A stretch of DNA of 32,000 bases from an uncultured Chloroflexia bacterium (lineage in GTDB: Bacteria; Chloroflexota; Ktedonobacteria; Ktedonobacterales; JADMIN01): positions 600,001 to 632,000 of the forward strand of contig CAVRAI010000015.1 of assembly GCA_963718915.1 (NCBI GenBank), written 5' to 3'. The notes below the pieces were generated by a model. The model did no database searches and had not been told where the DNA came from. It saw nothing but the letters and a program-made list of their open reading frames with translations. The first letter of the stretch is position 1; every line of letters begins with the position of its first letter. A program made the translations under genes and the position numbers. This document shows, one piece after another, positions 1 to 8,075 of this stretch.

Positions 1-969
1 CGCGCCACACTTCGCGCACGTGACCATCGAGGCAGGCCCGCGCCCGCCAGTGACACGTGGCGCCGGGACGGGAAGCGGCTTCTGGGAGTCCATCGCCTCC
101 GAGAGCGCCAGCGCCATGTCGGTCGCCTGCTGGAAGCGTTCGGAGGGGTCTTTTTCGAGCGCCTTCATCACGACCGCCTGCACCGCTGGCGAGACGCGCG
201 GATTACGGGTGGAGGGTAGCGGCGCTGGCTCGTAGATATGCGAGTGCGCCAGCGCGGTGTAGTTGTCGGCCTCGAAGGGGGTATGGCTCGTCAGCATCTC
301 GTAGAGCATCACGCCGAGCGCATAGATATCGCTGCGCGCGTCCACCATCGCGCCGCGACACTGCTCCGGCGACATGTATTCCGGCGTGCCGACGCCCGCG
401 CCGGTATGTGTGATGACATTCGAGCTGGCGATCATCTTCGCGATGCCGAAGTCGCTAAGGACGACACGGCGGCTGGCCGTTTCCTTGCCGTTGCCATCCA
501 CCCGTCGCTGGGTATCCATCAACACATTCACCGGCTTGACATCACGATGGACGATGCCCTGCGCATGCGCATATGAGAGCGCGGAGGCCAGGTCGTGGAT
601 GATGGGCGGAATATCGGCGAAGGTGAACGGGCGGCTCTCCATGTAATCTTTCAGATTGCCACCAGCGATATATTCCATCGTAATGAACAGGTGGCCCAGT
701 TCGCGGCCAGCATCATGCACCACGAGGATATTGGGGTGCGTGAGCCGCGCCATCGCCCGCGACTCGATTTTGAAGCGCTCGACGAAGGCAGGATCGGCGG
801 CATAGTAGGGTGGCAGCACCTTCACAGCGACACGACGGTCGAGGTGCGCCTGATAGGCGCGATAGACCCGGGCCATGCCGCCCTGGCCTATCAACTCCTC
901 GATCACACAATGGCCGAGCGTCTTGCCAATCAGTTCGTCAACGCCCTGGTCATCAACCTGTTCTGCCAC
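1..969 (-). CDS. Hanks-type Ser/Thr protein kinase; the 3-prime end runs off the left edge of the window
   Basis: Absent from the ORF track because there is no stop in the window. My reverse-complement translation from GTG at 969 reads VAEQVDDQGVDELIGKTLGHCVIEELIGQGGMARVYRAYQAHLDRRVAVKVL (Gly-loop and VAVK lysine). Further motifs are the HRDVKPVNVLMD catalytic loop (about 515-550), DFGIAKMI (about 425-455) and KALEKDPSERFQ near 150. It is in the same frame as, and 36 nt after, the FHA gene stop at 1006-1008. Confidence 0.85.
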   Translation of the reverse strand, partial: MAEQVDDQGVDELIGKTLGHCVIEELIGQGGMARVYRAYQAHLDRRVAVKVLPPYYAADPAFVERFKIESRAMARLTHPNILVVHDAGRELGHLFITMEYIAGGNLKDYMESRPFTFADIPPIIHDLASALSYAHAQGIVHRDVKPVNVLMDTQRRVDGNGKETASRRVVLSDFGIAKMIASSNVITHTGAGVGTPEYMSPEQCRGAMVDARSDIYALGVMLYEMLTSHTPFEADNYTALAHSHIYEPAPLPSTRNPRVSPAVQAVVMKALEKDPSERFQQATDMALALSEAMDSQKPLPVPAPRVTGGRGPASMVTCAKCGA

Positions 970-1005
970 CCGCGCTGCCCTTCTTGCGGAGAACGCCCGG
1001 CCGCG

Positions 1006-2121
1006 CTAGCGGTAGACGAAGACCAGCAACGTCTGGCCCACCTGGATCTTGTCGCCGTCCTCCAGCATGTGCTCGGAGACGCGCTGGCCATTGACGAGCG
1101 TGCCGTTCGCGCTCTGCTCGTCACGCAGCAGATAGCGGCCATTCTGCTGCCGGTTGATCGTCGTGTGGGTGCGCGAGACGGCCAGGTCTTCGAGGAAGAC
1201 ATCGCTCTCGCGGCTGCGCCCGATGGTGATGCGGTCTTTGCGCACGTCGTAGGAGCGGCCCTGTTCTTTGCCTTCCTGCACGACCAGTTTCGGCTCGCCC
1301 TGCCCCGTCTGTGGCCGCACGACATAGGTGCGCTGGTCCTCGGTGTAGGCGCCATTGCCATAGCCCTGCTGACCGCTGTACGCGCCAGCTGGAGCAGCGG
1401 CGCCCCAATCCTGACTGGGAGCAGTCGGGCTGGCGGGCGGATTGTTCCAGTTGGGGGCGCCCTGCGGCGCGGGCTGATCCCAGGCCTGTTGTGGCGCGGG
1501 CTGCTGGTTCCACCCCTGTTGCGGGTCTGGTGGACGTTGATTCCAGTCGCTGCCCGCGGCGGGAGCGCCCCCGCCCCACCCGGCAGGCGCCGGTGCGGCT
1601 GGCTGACCGCTCCATTGTGGCTGCTGGCCCATACTATCTGGCGGGCCGCCCCACTGGGGAACGGTACCCTGCTGCTCGCCCCATCCCTGGCCTGATGGTG
1701 GTCCCCATCCGCCTGGAGCGCTACCACGTCCAGCGTTCGCCGCGGCTGGCGCGCCCTGATTCCCGTAGGATGCCCAGTCGCTAGAGGCGGCCGGTCCGGC
1801 ATTCGGACGGCTCGCGGGGCCACTGTAGTCCTCGCCCCAGCCGCCGCCTGGACGCGAACGGCCGGGCTGGCTCACAGGCGCGCGCGACTGGCCGTATGGC
1901 CCCTGATTCGCATCGTAGCCAATGCCGCGCGATGTCTTTTTCGCGTCACCATTGCTGCGCAGCACCATCACGAACACCAGAAGGATCGCGATGATGACGA
2001 CCAGTCCGCCAATGGCCACGAGGACGGGGCCTCCCAGTCCACCGGCGGCAACCACTGGTAGTATGGCGGATTCAAGTGTCAGATTCATAATGCCTAATCC
2101 CTTCGCCCAGCCGCTCTCCAA
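1006..2121 (-). CDS. Membrane-anchored FHA-domain protein with a long W/Q/G/P-rich low-complexity linker
   Basis: 371-aa ORF. The N-terminal hydrophobic helix is PVLVAIGGLVVIIAILLVFVMVL. The C-terminal FHA signature is ITIGRSRESDVFLEDLAVSRTHTTINRQQNGRYLLRDEQSANGTLVNGQRV. It starts 5 nt after the upstream kinase stop. Confidence 0.85.
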   Translation of the reverse strand: MESGWAKGLGIMNLTLESAILPVVAAGGLGGPVLVAIGGLVVIIAILLVFVMVLRSNGDAKKTSRGIGYDANQGPYGQSRAPVSQPGRSRPGGGWGEDYSGPASRPNAGPAASSDWASYGNQGAPAAANAGRGSAPGGWGPPSGQGWGEQQGTVPQWGGPPDSMGQQPQWSGQPAAPAPAGWGGGAPAAGSDWNQRPPDPQQGWNQQPAPQQAWDQPAPQGAPNWNNPPASPTAPSQDWGAAAPAGAYSGQQGYGNGAYTEDQRTYVVRPQTGQGEPKLVVQEGKEQGRSYDVRKDRITIGRSRESDVFLEDLAVSRTHTTINRQQNGRYLLRDEQSANGTLVNGQRVSEHMLEDGDKIQVGQTLLVFVYR

Positions 2122-2126
2122 AAACG

Positions 2127-3299
2127 TCAGCGGGTGCGTACCTCGAAGCGGAGTTCTACGTTGCCAAGCCGCATCATATCACCGGAATGCACTTCAACTT
2201 CCTGATACGGGACTAGCGGCTCGTTGTTCAGACGCGTTCGGTTGAACGCCTTAAGATCCTCCAGATAGAACTTCCCCTGACGGAAACTCATGCGCGCATG
2301 CTGACGCGAGACCGTTTGTTGCGGATCAAGCGGCAGCAGGTCAATATCGGGTCGCGTGTTCCGTTGCGGATCGCTCCGCCCAAGCACCATCTCGGGCGCC
2401 GTCAGCATAAACGTCTGGCCGTTTCCGGCAATCATCACGCCGAGCGCTGGCTCGGTGGATGGCGCGGTGGTTCCACGCTCTGGAATCGGCATCGCTTCGA
2501 TGGCGTCGAGAAAGGCGCGCGGCGACTGAAAACGTTCTGCGGGCTTCTTCGCCAGGGCCCGCAGAAAGAATACGTCATACTCCGCTGGCAGTTCTGGTCG
2601 CAAGGCGCGTGCCGATGGTGGCGGATTGTTGAGGTGTTGCATGACGACATCCCAAGCATGCTCCCCATCGAAGGGGACGCGCCCGGTCAGCATCTCGAAA
2701 AAGACGCAGGCCAGCGAATAGAGATCAGCGCGCGTATCGGCCCGGCGGCTGTTTTCCACCTGCTCGGGGGCGACGTAGAACGGCGTGCCGACGAAGAAGC
2801 CGGTGACGGTGATATCGCGCGATTCATTGCTCCGCGCCAGACCGAAGTCGGTCAGCTTCACCACACCGTTCACACTCAACAAGAGGTTCTGTGGTTTGAT
2901 ATCGCGATGGACGATGCCCTGTTCCGCGGCGGTCACCAGCCCGGCGGCGGATTGCTCGACCACGTCGATGGCGCGCCGCACCGGGAAGGGACCGTTCGTC
3001 AGGATGGCATGCTTGAGATTATGCCCATCCACGTAGTCCATGACGATAAAGAGGCTGCCGCGATCTTCACCAGAATCTACCGGACTGACGACATGTGGCC
3101 CCGAGAGCCGCTTGAGCAGTTCGAATTCGCGCTGGAAACGCTCGGCCAGCTCAGAATCCGCCGCTGCCTCACGGCTGAGTACCTTGACCGCATAGAGACG
3201 GTTTGATTCGAGATCTCTCCCGATATAGACCGTCGCCATACTGCCACGGCCGCGCTCATCAATGAGCTTATAGCGATTTTTGAGAACTCGTCCGAGCAT
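2127..3299 (-). CDS. Ser/Thr protein kinase with a C-terminal FHA domain
   Basis: 390-aa ORF. Kinase motifs: GRGSMATVYIGRD, AVKVL, HRDIKPQNLLL, DFGLAR, APE. The C-terminus is FHA-like: MVLGRSDPQRNTRPDIDLLPLDPQQTVSRQHARMSFRQGKFYLEDLKAFNRTRLNNEPL. Confidence 0.9.
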   Translation of the reverse strand: MLGRVLKNRYKLIDERGRGSMATVYIGRDLESNRLYAVKVLSREAAADSELAERFQREFELLKRLSGPHVVSPVDSGEDRGSLFIVMDYVDGHNLKHAILTNGPFPVRRAIDVVEQSAAGLVTAAEQGIVHRDIKPQNLLLSVNGVVKLTDFGLARSNESRDITVTGFFVGTPFYVAPEQVENSRRADTRADLYSLACVFFEMLTGRVPFDGEHAWDVVMQHLNNPPPSARALRPELPAEYDVFFLRALAKKPAERFQSPRAFLDAIEAMPIPERGTTAPSTEPALGVMIAGNGQTFMLTAPEMVLGRSDPQRNTRPDIDLLPLDPQQTVSRQHARMSFRQGKFYLEDLKAFNRTRLNNEPLVPYQEVEVHSGDMMRLGNVELRFEVRTR

Positions 3300-3387
3300 G
3301 CGTGAACCCGCGCCGCCTTCCCCTCAGAAACACCGCCAATACACTACCTGCTGATCGCTTGTGATGGGTGTGTTGTGGTAACTCGCG

Positions 3388-3400
3388 CCCCATTATAGCA
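3388..3400 (-). promoter_or_regulatory. Extended -10 promoter TGCTATAATGGGG for the kinase/FHA operon
   Basis: The reverse complement of 3388-3400 is TGCTATAATGGGG, about 90 nt upstream of the ATG at 3299. The identical 13-mer recurs at 5938-5950 (+) upstream of the peptidase gene. No good -35 element is present. Confidence 0.4.
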
Positions 3401-3518
3401 ATGTCTGGGCATCACTCGCAATGGCAACAGGCAAAAAGGAATATTGTTCACGAAGAGTGGACCGAATGTGTTCACCATCCAGTGTATCCGACGCACCCAG
3501 AATGCAGGTGGTAATGTG

Positions 3519-4037
3519 TCACACACGCGGCGAATCAGCGGTCTTGTGATCGTTTTGTTCGCTCTCCGCGCCGGAAATCAGCGCCGTGAGAATCTCGCGT
3601 ATGTGCCTGTTGTATACATCGTGGCTCTCGTCTGGATAGAAGGTCGCGTGGCATCCCGGAATGGCTTGGGCCAGGGCGCGCGCCGCCGAGATAGGCACAA
3701 TTGGGTCTAGCTCGCCGTGCCACAGATAAACCTCGACGCCATGAATATCATTTGGACGGAATCCCCAGAGATGGTCGCAGACCCAGACATCCGCCGCGAA
3801 GCCGCGCACGCCCTGGCGAAATGGCTCCAGAACCTGTTCGCGAGCAACTGGTGGCAACGGGGCGTATGAACCTATCCGCGAGACCAGCGACCTGAAAGAT
3901 TCTCCAGCACGGGCAGTCGCTCGGATAGAGGCGATATGCGCCCAACGGCTGGGATTGGCACGGGCCGACCAGAGCGACGGATAACAGGTGGCGCGTAACA
4001 GTGGCCGGGGGAAGTAACGTCCGCTAAAGTTCGCCAT
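3519..4037 (-). CDS. Alpha/beta-hydrolase fold protein, apparently N-terminally truncated (possible gene remnant)
   Basis: 172-aa ORF ending LWHGELDPIVPISAARALAQAIPGCHATFYPDESHDVY. This is the typical acid (D) and His part of the catalytic triad. No GxSxG nucleophile elbow is present, and only 86 nt separate its start from the next gene. Confidence 0.55.
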   Translation of the reverse strand: MANFSGRYFPRPLLRATCYPSLWSARANPSRWAHIASIRATARAGESFRSLVSRIGSYAPLPPVAREQVLEPFRQGVRGFAADVWVCDHLWGFRPNDIHGVEVYLWHGELDPIVPISAARALAQAIPGCHATFYPDESHDVYNRHIREILTALISGAESEQNDHKTADSPRV

Positions 4038-4123
4038 GCGATATAGCGGCGTATATGCGCTGAGGGGCGCCAGTCAGCCTCCGTATCGCCGTCAGGCATC
4101 GGCCTGCCTTCTCAACTATTGCA

Positions 4124-4858
4124 CTATTGTACGGGCGCTGCCGCGAAGCCAAATGAAGGGCCGCCGCCAATATTGATCATCCCGCTGATAGGCACCTGGC
4201 TATTTGCCGCTGCCGCCGGAACCGTATAGCTGATGCTGAAATTGCCATTGGCATCCAACTTATAACCCTGTGCTGGTGTGTAGTCAAACGTGCAGCTATC
4301 ACAGCCGAAACTCAGGAGAATGTTGAGCGACTTGTTGGGATTGTTCGGCGAGGATATAGTGAGCGTGCCCACCTGGCCATGCACCTGCGGGCATGGGGTC
4401 AGCGCCCACGTGGTCTGGCCATGGTTGCCGTTGCACGTGGTTGGCCCGCCGGGGCCACCAGGGCCACCGTTGCCCGGTGTAGCGGTGGGCGGCTGGGTGG
4501 GCCCAGGAACGGGCGTCTGGGAGTTGGGGATGATACTATAGGGAGGCACGCCGCTCTGCTGCCAGCCAGGGACGGTTGCGGTGGGGAAAGTAGGCACGTC
4601 TTTGATCAGACCGGTACCGGTGTTGGTGTTCCCGGTGGAGCCGGAGTCGCGTGCGGCGGAGAACCCAGCGAGGGCGCTATTGGCGACGGTGGTGACGACA
4701 CCCATACACGAGCAGAGGGCGACGATCATTACCAGCCCTATCACCCCGCTCGCCATCGCGCGAAACTGGCGATTCGTCTCCCACCGATCCTGAAATCGGC
4801 GGATAGCCTGCTCCAGCATGCTGATACGGGGACCTGCCCACTGCGGACGTCGCATCAT
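4124..4858 (-). CDS. Hypothetical single-pass membrane protein (paralog A): cytoplasmic RFQDRWETNRQFRAM motif, TM helix, P/T-rich linker, Cys-containing beta-rich ectodomain
   Basis: 244-aa ORF with a strong SD (GAAGGAGGAAG) 9 nt upstream of the ATG at 4858. The TM helix is GVIGLVMIVALCSCMGVVTTV. It is a paralog of 4958-5695. Confidence 0.75.
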   Translation of the reverse strand: MMRRPQWAGPRISMLEQAIRRFQDRWETNRQFRAMASGVIGLVMIVALCSCMGVVTTVANSALAGFSAARDSGSTGNTNTGTGLIKDVPTFPTATVPGWQQSGVPPYSIIPNSQTPVPGPTQPPTATPGNGGPGGPGGPTTCNGNHGQTTWALTPCPQVHGQVGTLTISSPNNPNKSLNILLSFGCDSCTFDYTPAQGYKLDANGNFSISYTVPAAAANSQVPISGMINIGGGPSFGFAAAPVQ

Positions 4859-4957
4859 GCCGCTCTTCCTCCTTCAGTCAGTCTTCTTCTAAAATCCTTG
4901 CCTACTATCAACTGTTCTACAACATCAGAAGTTCCCTGTGCGCCACAATAGCCTCTA

Positions 4958-5695
4958 TTACTTGCAGGGCATTGGAAGATGAAAGCTGTCGTTCGTTATC
5001 CCATTGTAGTGTGCCTGAATCCAGACATCCGCGTTTCCCGCCGAAGCGCCACCTGGCACGGTGAAGTGCGCGGTGTAATTGCCGCTGCCATCGGTCATCT
5101 CACCATTCTCATCCAGGTATGTGCCACCACCAGGGAATGTAATGACAACTGCCAGCCCGACGCCCGGCGTGTTTGCGCCAGAAATGCTGGTGTGGACGGT
5201 AAAACTGCAAGCGCTCCCTGCAATGCAAGGGGACGGTGTGCCATAGCCGGTGACGGTCACTACCCATGTGCCGCCACCACCGCCACCACCACCGCCGCAG
5301 TTGCCGGTGCATGGCACGGTTGGTTGTGGGGTCGCCGTCGGCGCGAGTGTGGGCGAGGGGAGCGGTGTCTGAGAATTGGGGATGACACCAGCCGAGGGCG
5401 AGCTGCCCGGCTGCCAGGCGGGGACGGTTGAGGTGGGGAAGGTGGGCACGCCCTTAATCTGCCCAATGCCCGTATCGGCATGCTGACTATCGGCGACACC
5501 CACGTTACGCGAGGCATTCACACTGGCAACGGTGTTGTTGGCTATCGTGGTGACGACTCCCATGCATGAGCAGAGCGCGATGATCATCACCAGTCCCAGC
5601 ACTCCGCTCACCATCGCGCGGAACTGGCGATCGGTCTCCCACCGATCCTGAAATCGATATATCAGGCGGTCCAGCCCACTTCTTCGTCGCTTCAC
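4958..5695 (-). CDS. Hypothetical single-pass membrane protein (paralog B) with a Gly9 tract
   Basis: 245-aa ORF with a GTG start. It carries RFQDRWETDRQFRAMVSGVLGLVMIIALCSCMGVVTTIANN, nearly identical to paralog A. A CGGGGGGGGGTW tract is encoded at 5270-5296, and the C-terminal domain is divergent. Confidence 0.75.
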   Translation of the reverse strand: MKRRRSGLDRLIYRFQDRWETDRQFRAMVSGVLGLVMIIALCSCMGVVTTIANNTVASVNASRNVGVADSQHADTGIGQIKGVPTFPTSTVPAWQPGSSPSAGVIPNSQTPLPSPTLAPTATPQPTVPCTGNCGGGGGGGGGTWVVTVTGYGTPSPCIAGSACSFTVHTSISGANTPGVGLAVVITFPGGGTYLDENGEMTDGSGNYTAHFTVPGGASAGNADVWIQAHYNGITNDSFHLPMPCK

Positions 5696-5937
5696 CGGCG
5701 CTTAACCCCTTGCCACTTTTGATGCTGGCTCATCGCGACCAGCCCGCGCAACACACGTCGTGACGCCGCTTCATCACGACGCTCCGTGGAAATCAGGCCC
5801 GTATCGGCGCCTATTGTATCAAACAGTCGCGGAAATATTGGCATCTCGCAACCCCTGGTAGTACTTCTGCATGCTCAGCAGTAACGAGTCGCGCGGGCAT
5901 TCCAGCGAAATGGCGCAGGCAGCCTCAACCGAACCGC

Positions 5938-5950
5938 TGCTATAATGGGG
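5938..5950 (+). promoter_or_regulatory. Extended -10 promoter TGCTATAATGGGG for the peptidase gene
   Basis: Exact TGnTATAAT with the same 13-mer as 3388-3400 (-). The ATG at 5945 that opens the track ORF lies inside this -10, so it is unlikely to be the start codon. Confidence 0.4.
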
Positions 5951-5998
5951 GACGCGGCAGGCACGCCGGTTCCAAAAGCATGCAGGAGAATGCCACCA

Positions 5999-8068
5999 AT
6001 GCGACGCCTTCGACCCCTGGTTCACCTAGGGTTAGCCTTCCTGACGCTGGCCTTGCTGCTCAGTGGCTGCACGCCGATCTGGAGCGTCAGACCCGCGGCG
6101 CCGACGGCCACGCTCGCCCCGGCCACTGACCCGCTCACCGCCGCCTGCCCGACGTGGACCGTGCCCGAAGCGCCCGCGAGCGTCGCGCCGCCCGCCAATG
6201 CCTCGGCGCTGGCCATCGCCGCCTATAACGCCGAGCGCGTGCTGGAGACGCCCCGGCCTGTCCGCAACTTCTACAGCATCGCCCAGCGCTTCGTCACCCA
6301 TGGCGGCGCCATCCCCTGCCGCGTGCGCACCTCGCCACGCAACGAGAAGGTCGGCGACGAGCGCGCGTTCTGGATCGTCAACCCCGACCAGTCCGGCGGC
6401 TATCACCAGATTCGCGCGCGGCTGACCGTCGTCACGCCGCACCTGTATATGTATGTCGAGGATGGCGCGAATGTAAGTGAGGCGAATATCGCCACTTCGG
6501 CGCGTCTCTTCGAGACGAAAACCTATCCCACCGACCGCAAGTATTTCGGCTCGCAGTGGTTCCCCGGCCCGGATGATGATCCGCATATCACCGTGCTCAA
6601 CGCCCGCTACCTCGGCGAGTATCTCGGCGGCTACTTCTCGTCCGAGGATGAGTTTCCGCGCGCCGTTTCGCCGTATTCCAACGAGCGCCAGATGATCTAC
6701 ATCAACCTCGCCAGCACCATCGGCCAGCCAGGAACCTCAGCGTATAACAGCACGATTGCCCATGAGTTCCAGCACATGATCCACTGGTTCTGGCATCCGG
6801 GCGACGATTCGTGGCAGAATGAGGGGATGTCTGTCGTGGCGCAGCATCTCAACAACTACAGCGTCCAGGGCATGGATGACGCCTTGCTGGCGAATCCTGA
6901 TACCATGCTCGGCGGGTGGACGGGGGACAACCAGACCGACTTCATCCGCTATGGCGCGGGCTATCTCTTCCTCTCGTATCTCGCCCAGCACTACGGCGGC
7001 TACGATATCTTGCGCAAGCTGCTGACCAGCCCGGAGCAGGAGCCGCTGGATGTCGACGCGGCGCTGGCGGCGACAGGGACGAAAGACCGCTTCAACGATG
7101 TCTTTGGCAAATACGTGCTGGCGAATCTGCTCAACGATCCCGCCATCGCCAATGGCATCTACGCCTATCCACAGATTCCGGGCAAGCGCGCTACGGTGCA
7201 GCATCAGACGTCGAGCTATCCCTATGCCGATGGCTCAGGAGACAAGCCAGCTACCGTGGCCCAATATGCCGCGCAGTATTACGACTTCACACCGGGGACG
7301 AGTTCGGGGACGCTAACGCTGCGCTTCAACGGCCAGCCGACGATTGGCATCGTGCCGAATACACCGTATCAGGGCGCGGCGGCGGAGTGGTGGAGCAACA
7401 GCGGCAACGAGATGGACTCGACGCTGACCCGCGCCTTCGATCTGAGCGCGCTGGCGGGCAAGCCGGTGACGCTCAACTTCGCGGCGTGGTATCAGCTGGA
7501 GACGGACTACGACTACGCTTATGTCGCCGTCTCTGACGATGGCGGCAAGAACTGGACGACCTTACCGACGACTACATCCACCAGCACCAACCCCAACGGC
7601 GGCAACTATGGCAACGGCATGACGGGCATCAGCGGCGCAGGCAAGACGCCGCAGTGGGTCAATGAGTCGGCGGATTTGAGCCGATGGGCGGGCAAGAAGA
7701 TTCTGCTGCGCTTCGAGTCGATCACCGACGACGCGGTTCACTTCGCCGGGATGACGGTTGACGCGCTCTCGATTCCACAGTTGAACTTCAGCGATAACGT
7801 CTCGACCGATAACGGCTGGCAGGCCAACGGCTGGATACGCTCGAACAATGTGCTGCCCGAACAGTATCTCGTGCAGGCGGTCGTCTATACCGCCGGGCAG
7901 ACGACGCCAACTATTGTCCAGGTTCCAGTGGATGCGGCGAGCGGCGTGGGGCAAGCGACGTTCGCTGGCTTCGGCGACGCGGTGACGCGCGTGCTGCTGG
8001 CAGTCTCGGCGATGGCGCCGACGACGCAGACGCCCGCGAGCTATCATCTGACGGCGGATGTGGGCTGA
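5999..8068 (+). CDS. Secreted zinc metallopeptidase lipoprotein (MA clan, Peptidase_MA-like HExxH...EG; immune-inhibitor-A/M6-like C-terminal region)
   Basis: Signal peptide plus lipobox MRRLRPLVHLGLAFLTLALLLSGC. The active-site block is IAHEFQHMIHWFWHPGDDSWQNEGMSV. The later block DYDYAYVAVSDDGGKNWTTL is reminiscent of M6 peptidases. AGGAGA at 5984-5989 is 9 nt upstream of the ATG at 5999; the track ORF begins at 5945, and 5990 is an alternative start. Confidence 0.85.
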   Translation: MRRLRPLVHLGLAFLTLALLLSGCTPIWSVRPAAPTATLAPATDPLTAACPTWTVPEAPASVAPPANASALAIAAYNAERVLETPRPVRNFYSIAQRFVTHGGAIPCRVRTSPRNEKVGDERAFWIVNPDQSGGYHQIRARLTVVTPHLYMYVEDGANVSEANIATSARLFETKTYPTDRKYFGSQWFPGPDDDPHITVLNARYLGEYLGGYFSSEDEFPRAVSPYSNERQMIYINLASTIGQPGTSAYNSTIAHEFQHMIHWFWHPGDDSWQNEGMSVVAQHLNNYSVQGMDDALLANPDTMLGGWTGDNQTDFIRYGAGYLFLSYLAQHYGGYDILRKLLTSPEQEPLDVDAALAATGTKDRFNDVFGKYVLANLLNDPAIANGIYAYPQIPGKRATVQHQTSSYPYADGSGDKPATVAQYAAQYYDFTPGTSSGTLTLRFNGQPTIGIVPNTPYQGAAAEWWSNSGNEMDSTLTRAFDLSALAGKPVTLNFAAWYQLETDYDYAYVAVSDDGGKNWTTLPTTTSTSTNPNGGNYGNGMTGISGAGKTPQWVNESADLSRWAGKKILLRFESITDDAVHFAGMTVDALSIPQLNFSDNVSTDNGWQANGWIRSNNVLPEQYLVQAVVYTAGQTTPTIVQVPVDAASGVGQATFAGFGDAVTRVLLAVSAMAPTTQTPASYHLTADVG

Positions 8069-8075
8069 TTGTGCT

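Noticed and set aside
595-1823. Long ORFs 595-1695 (+, 366 aa), 930-1823 (-, 297 aa) and 1121-1615 (-) overlapping the kinase and FHA genes
   Set aside because: Their Arg/Ala/Pro/Gly-rich compositions are typical of shadow frames in high-G+C DNA. The overlapping frames carry unmistakable kinase and FHA motifs.
2298-3206. 302-aa plus-strand ORF antisense to the kinase-FHA gene
   Set aside because: It is an antisense shadow ORF with no motifs, and the opposite strand encodes a complete Hanks kinase.
5945-5998. The ATG at 5945 as the start of the peptidase gene
   Set aside because: This ATG is embedded in the TATAATGGGG -10 element. The signal peptide and lipobox begin at the ATG at 5999, which has AGGAGA 9 nt upstream.
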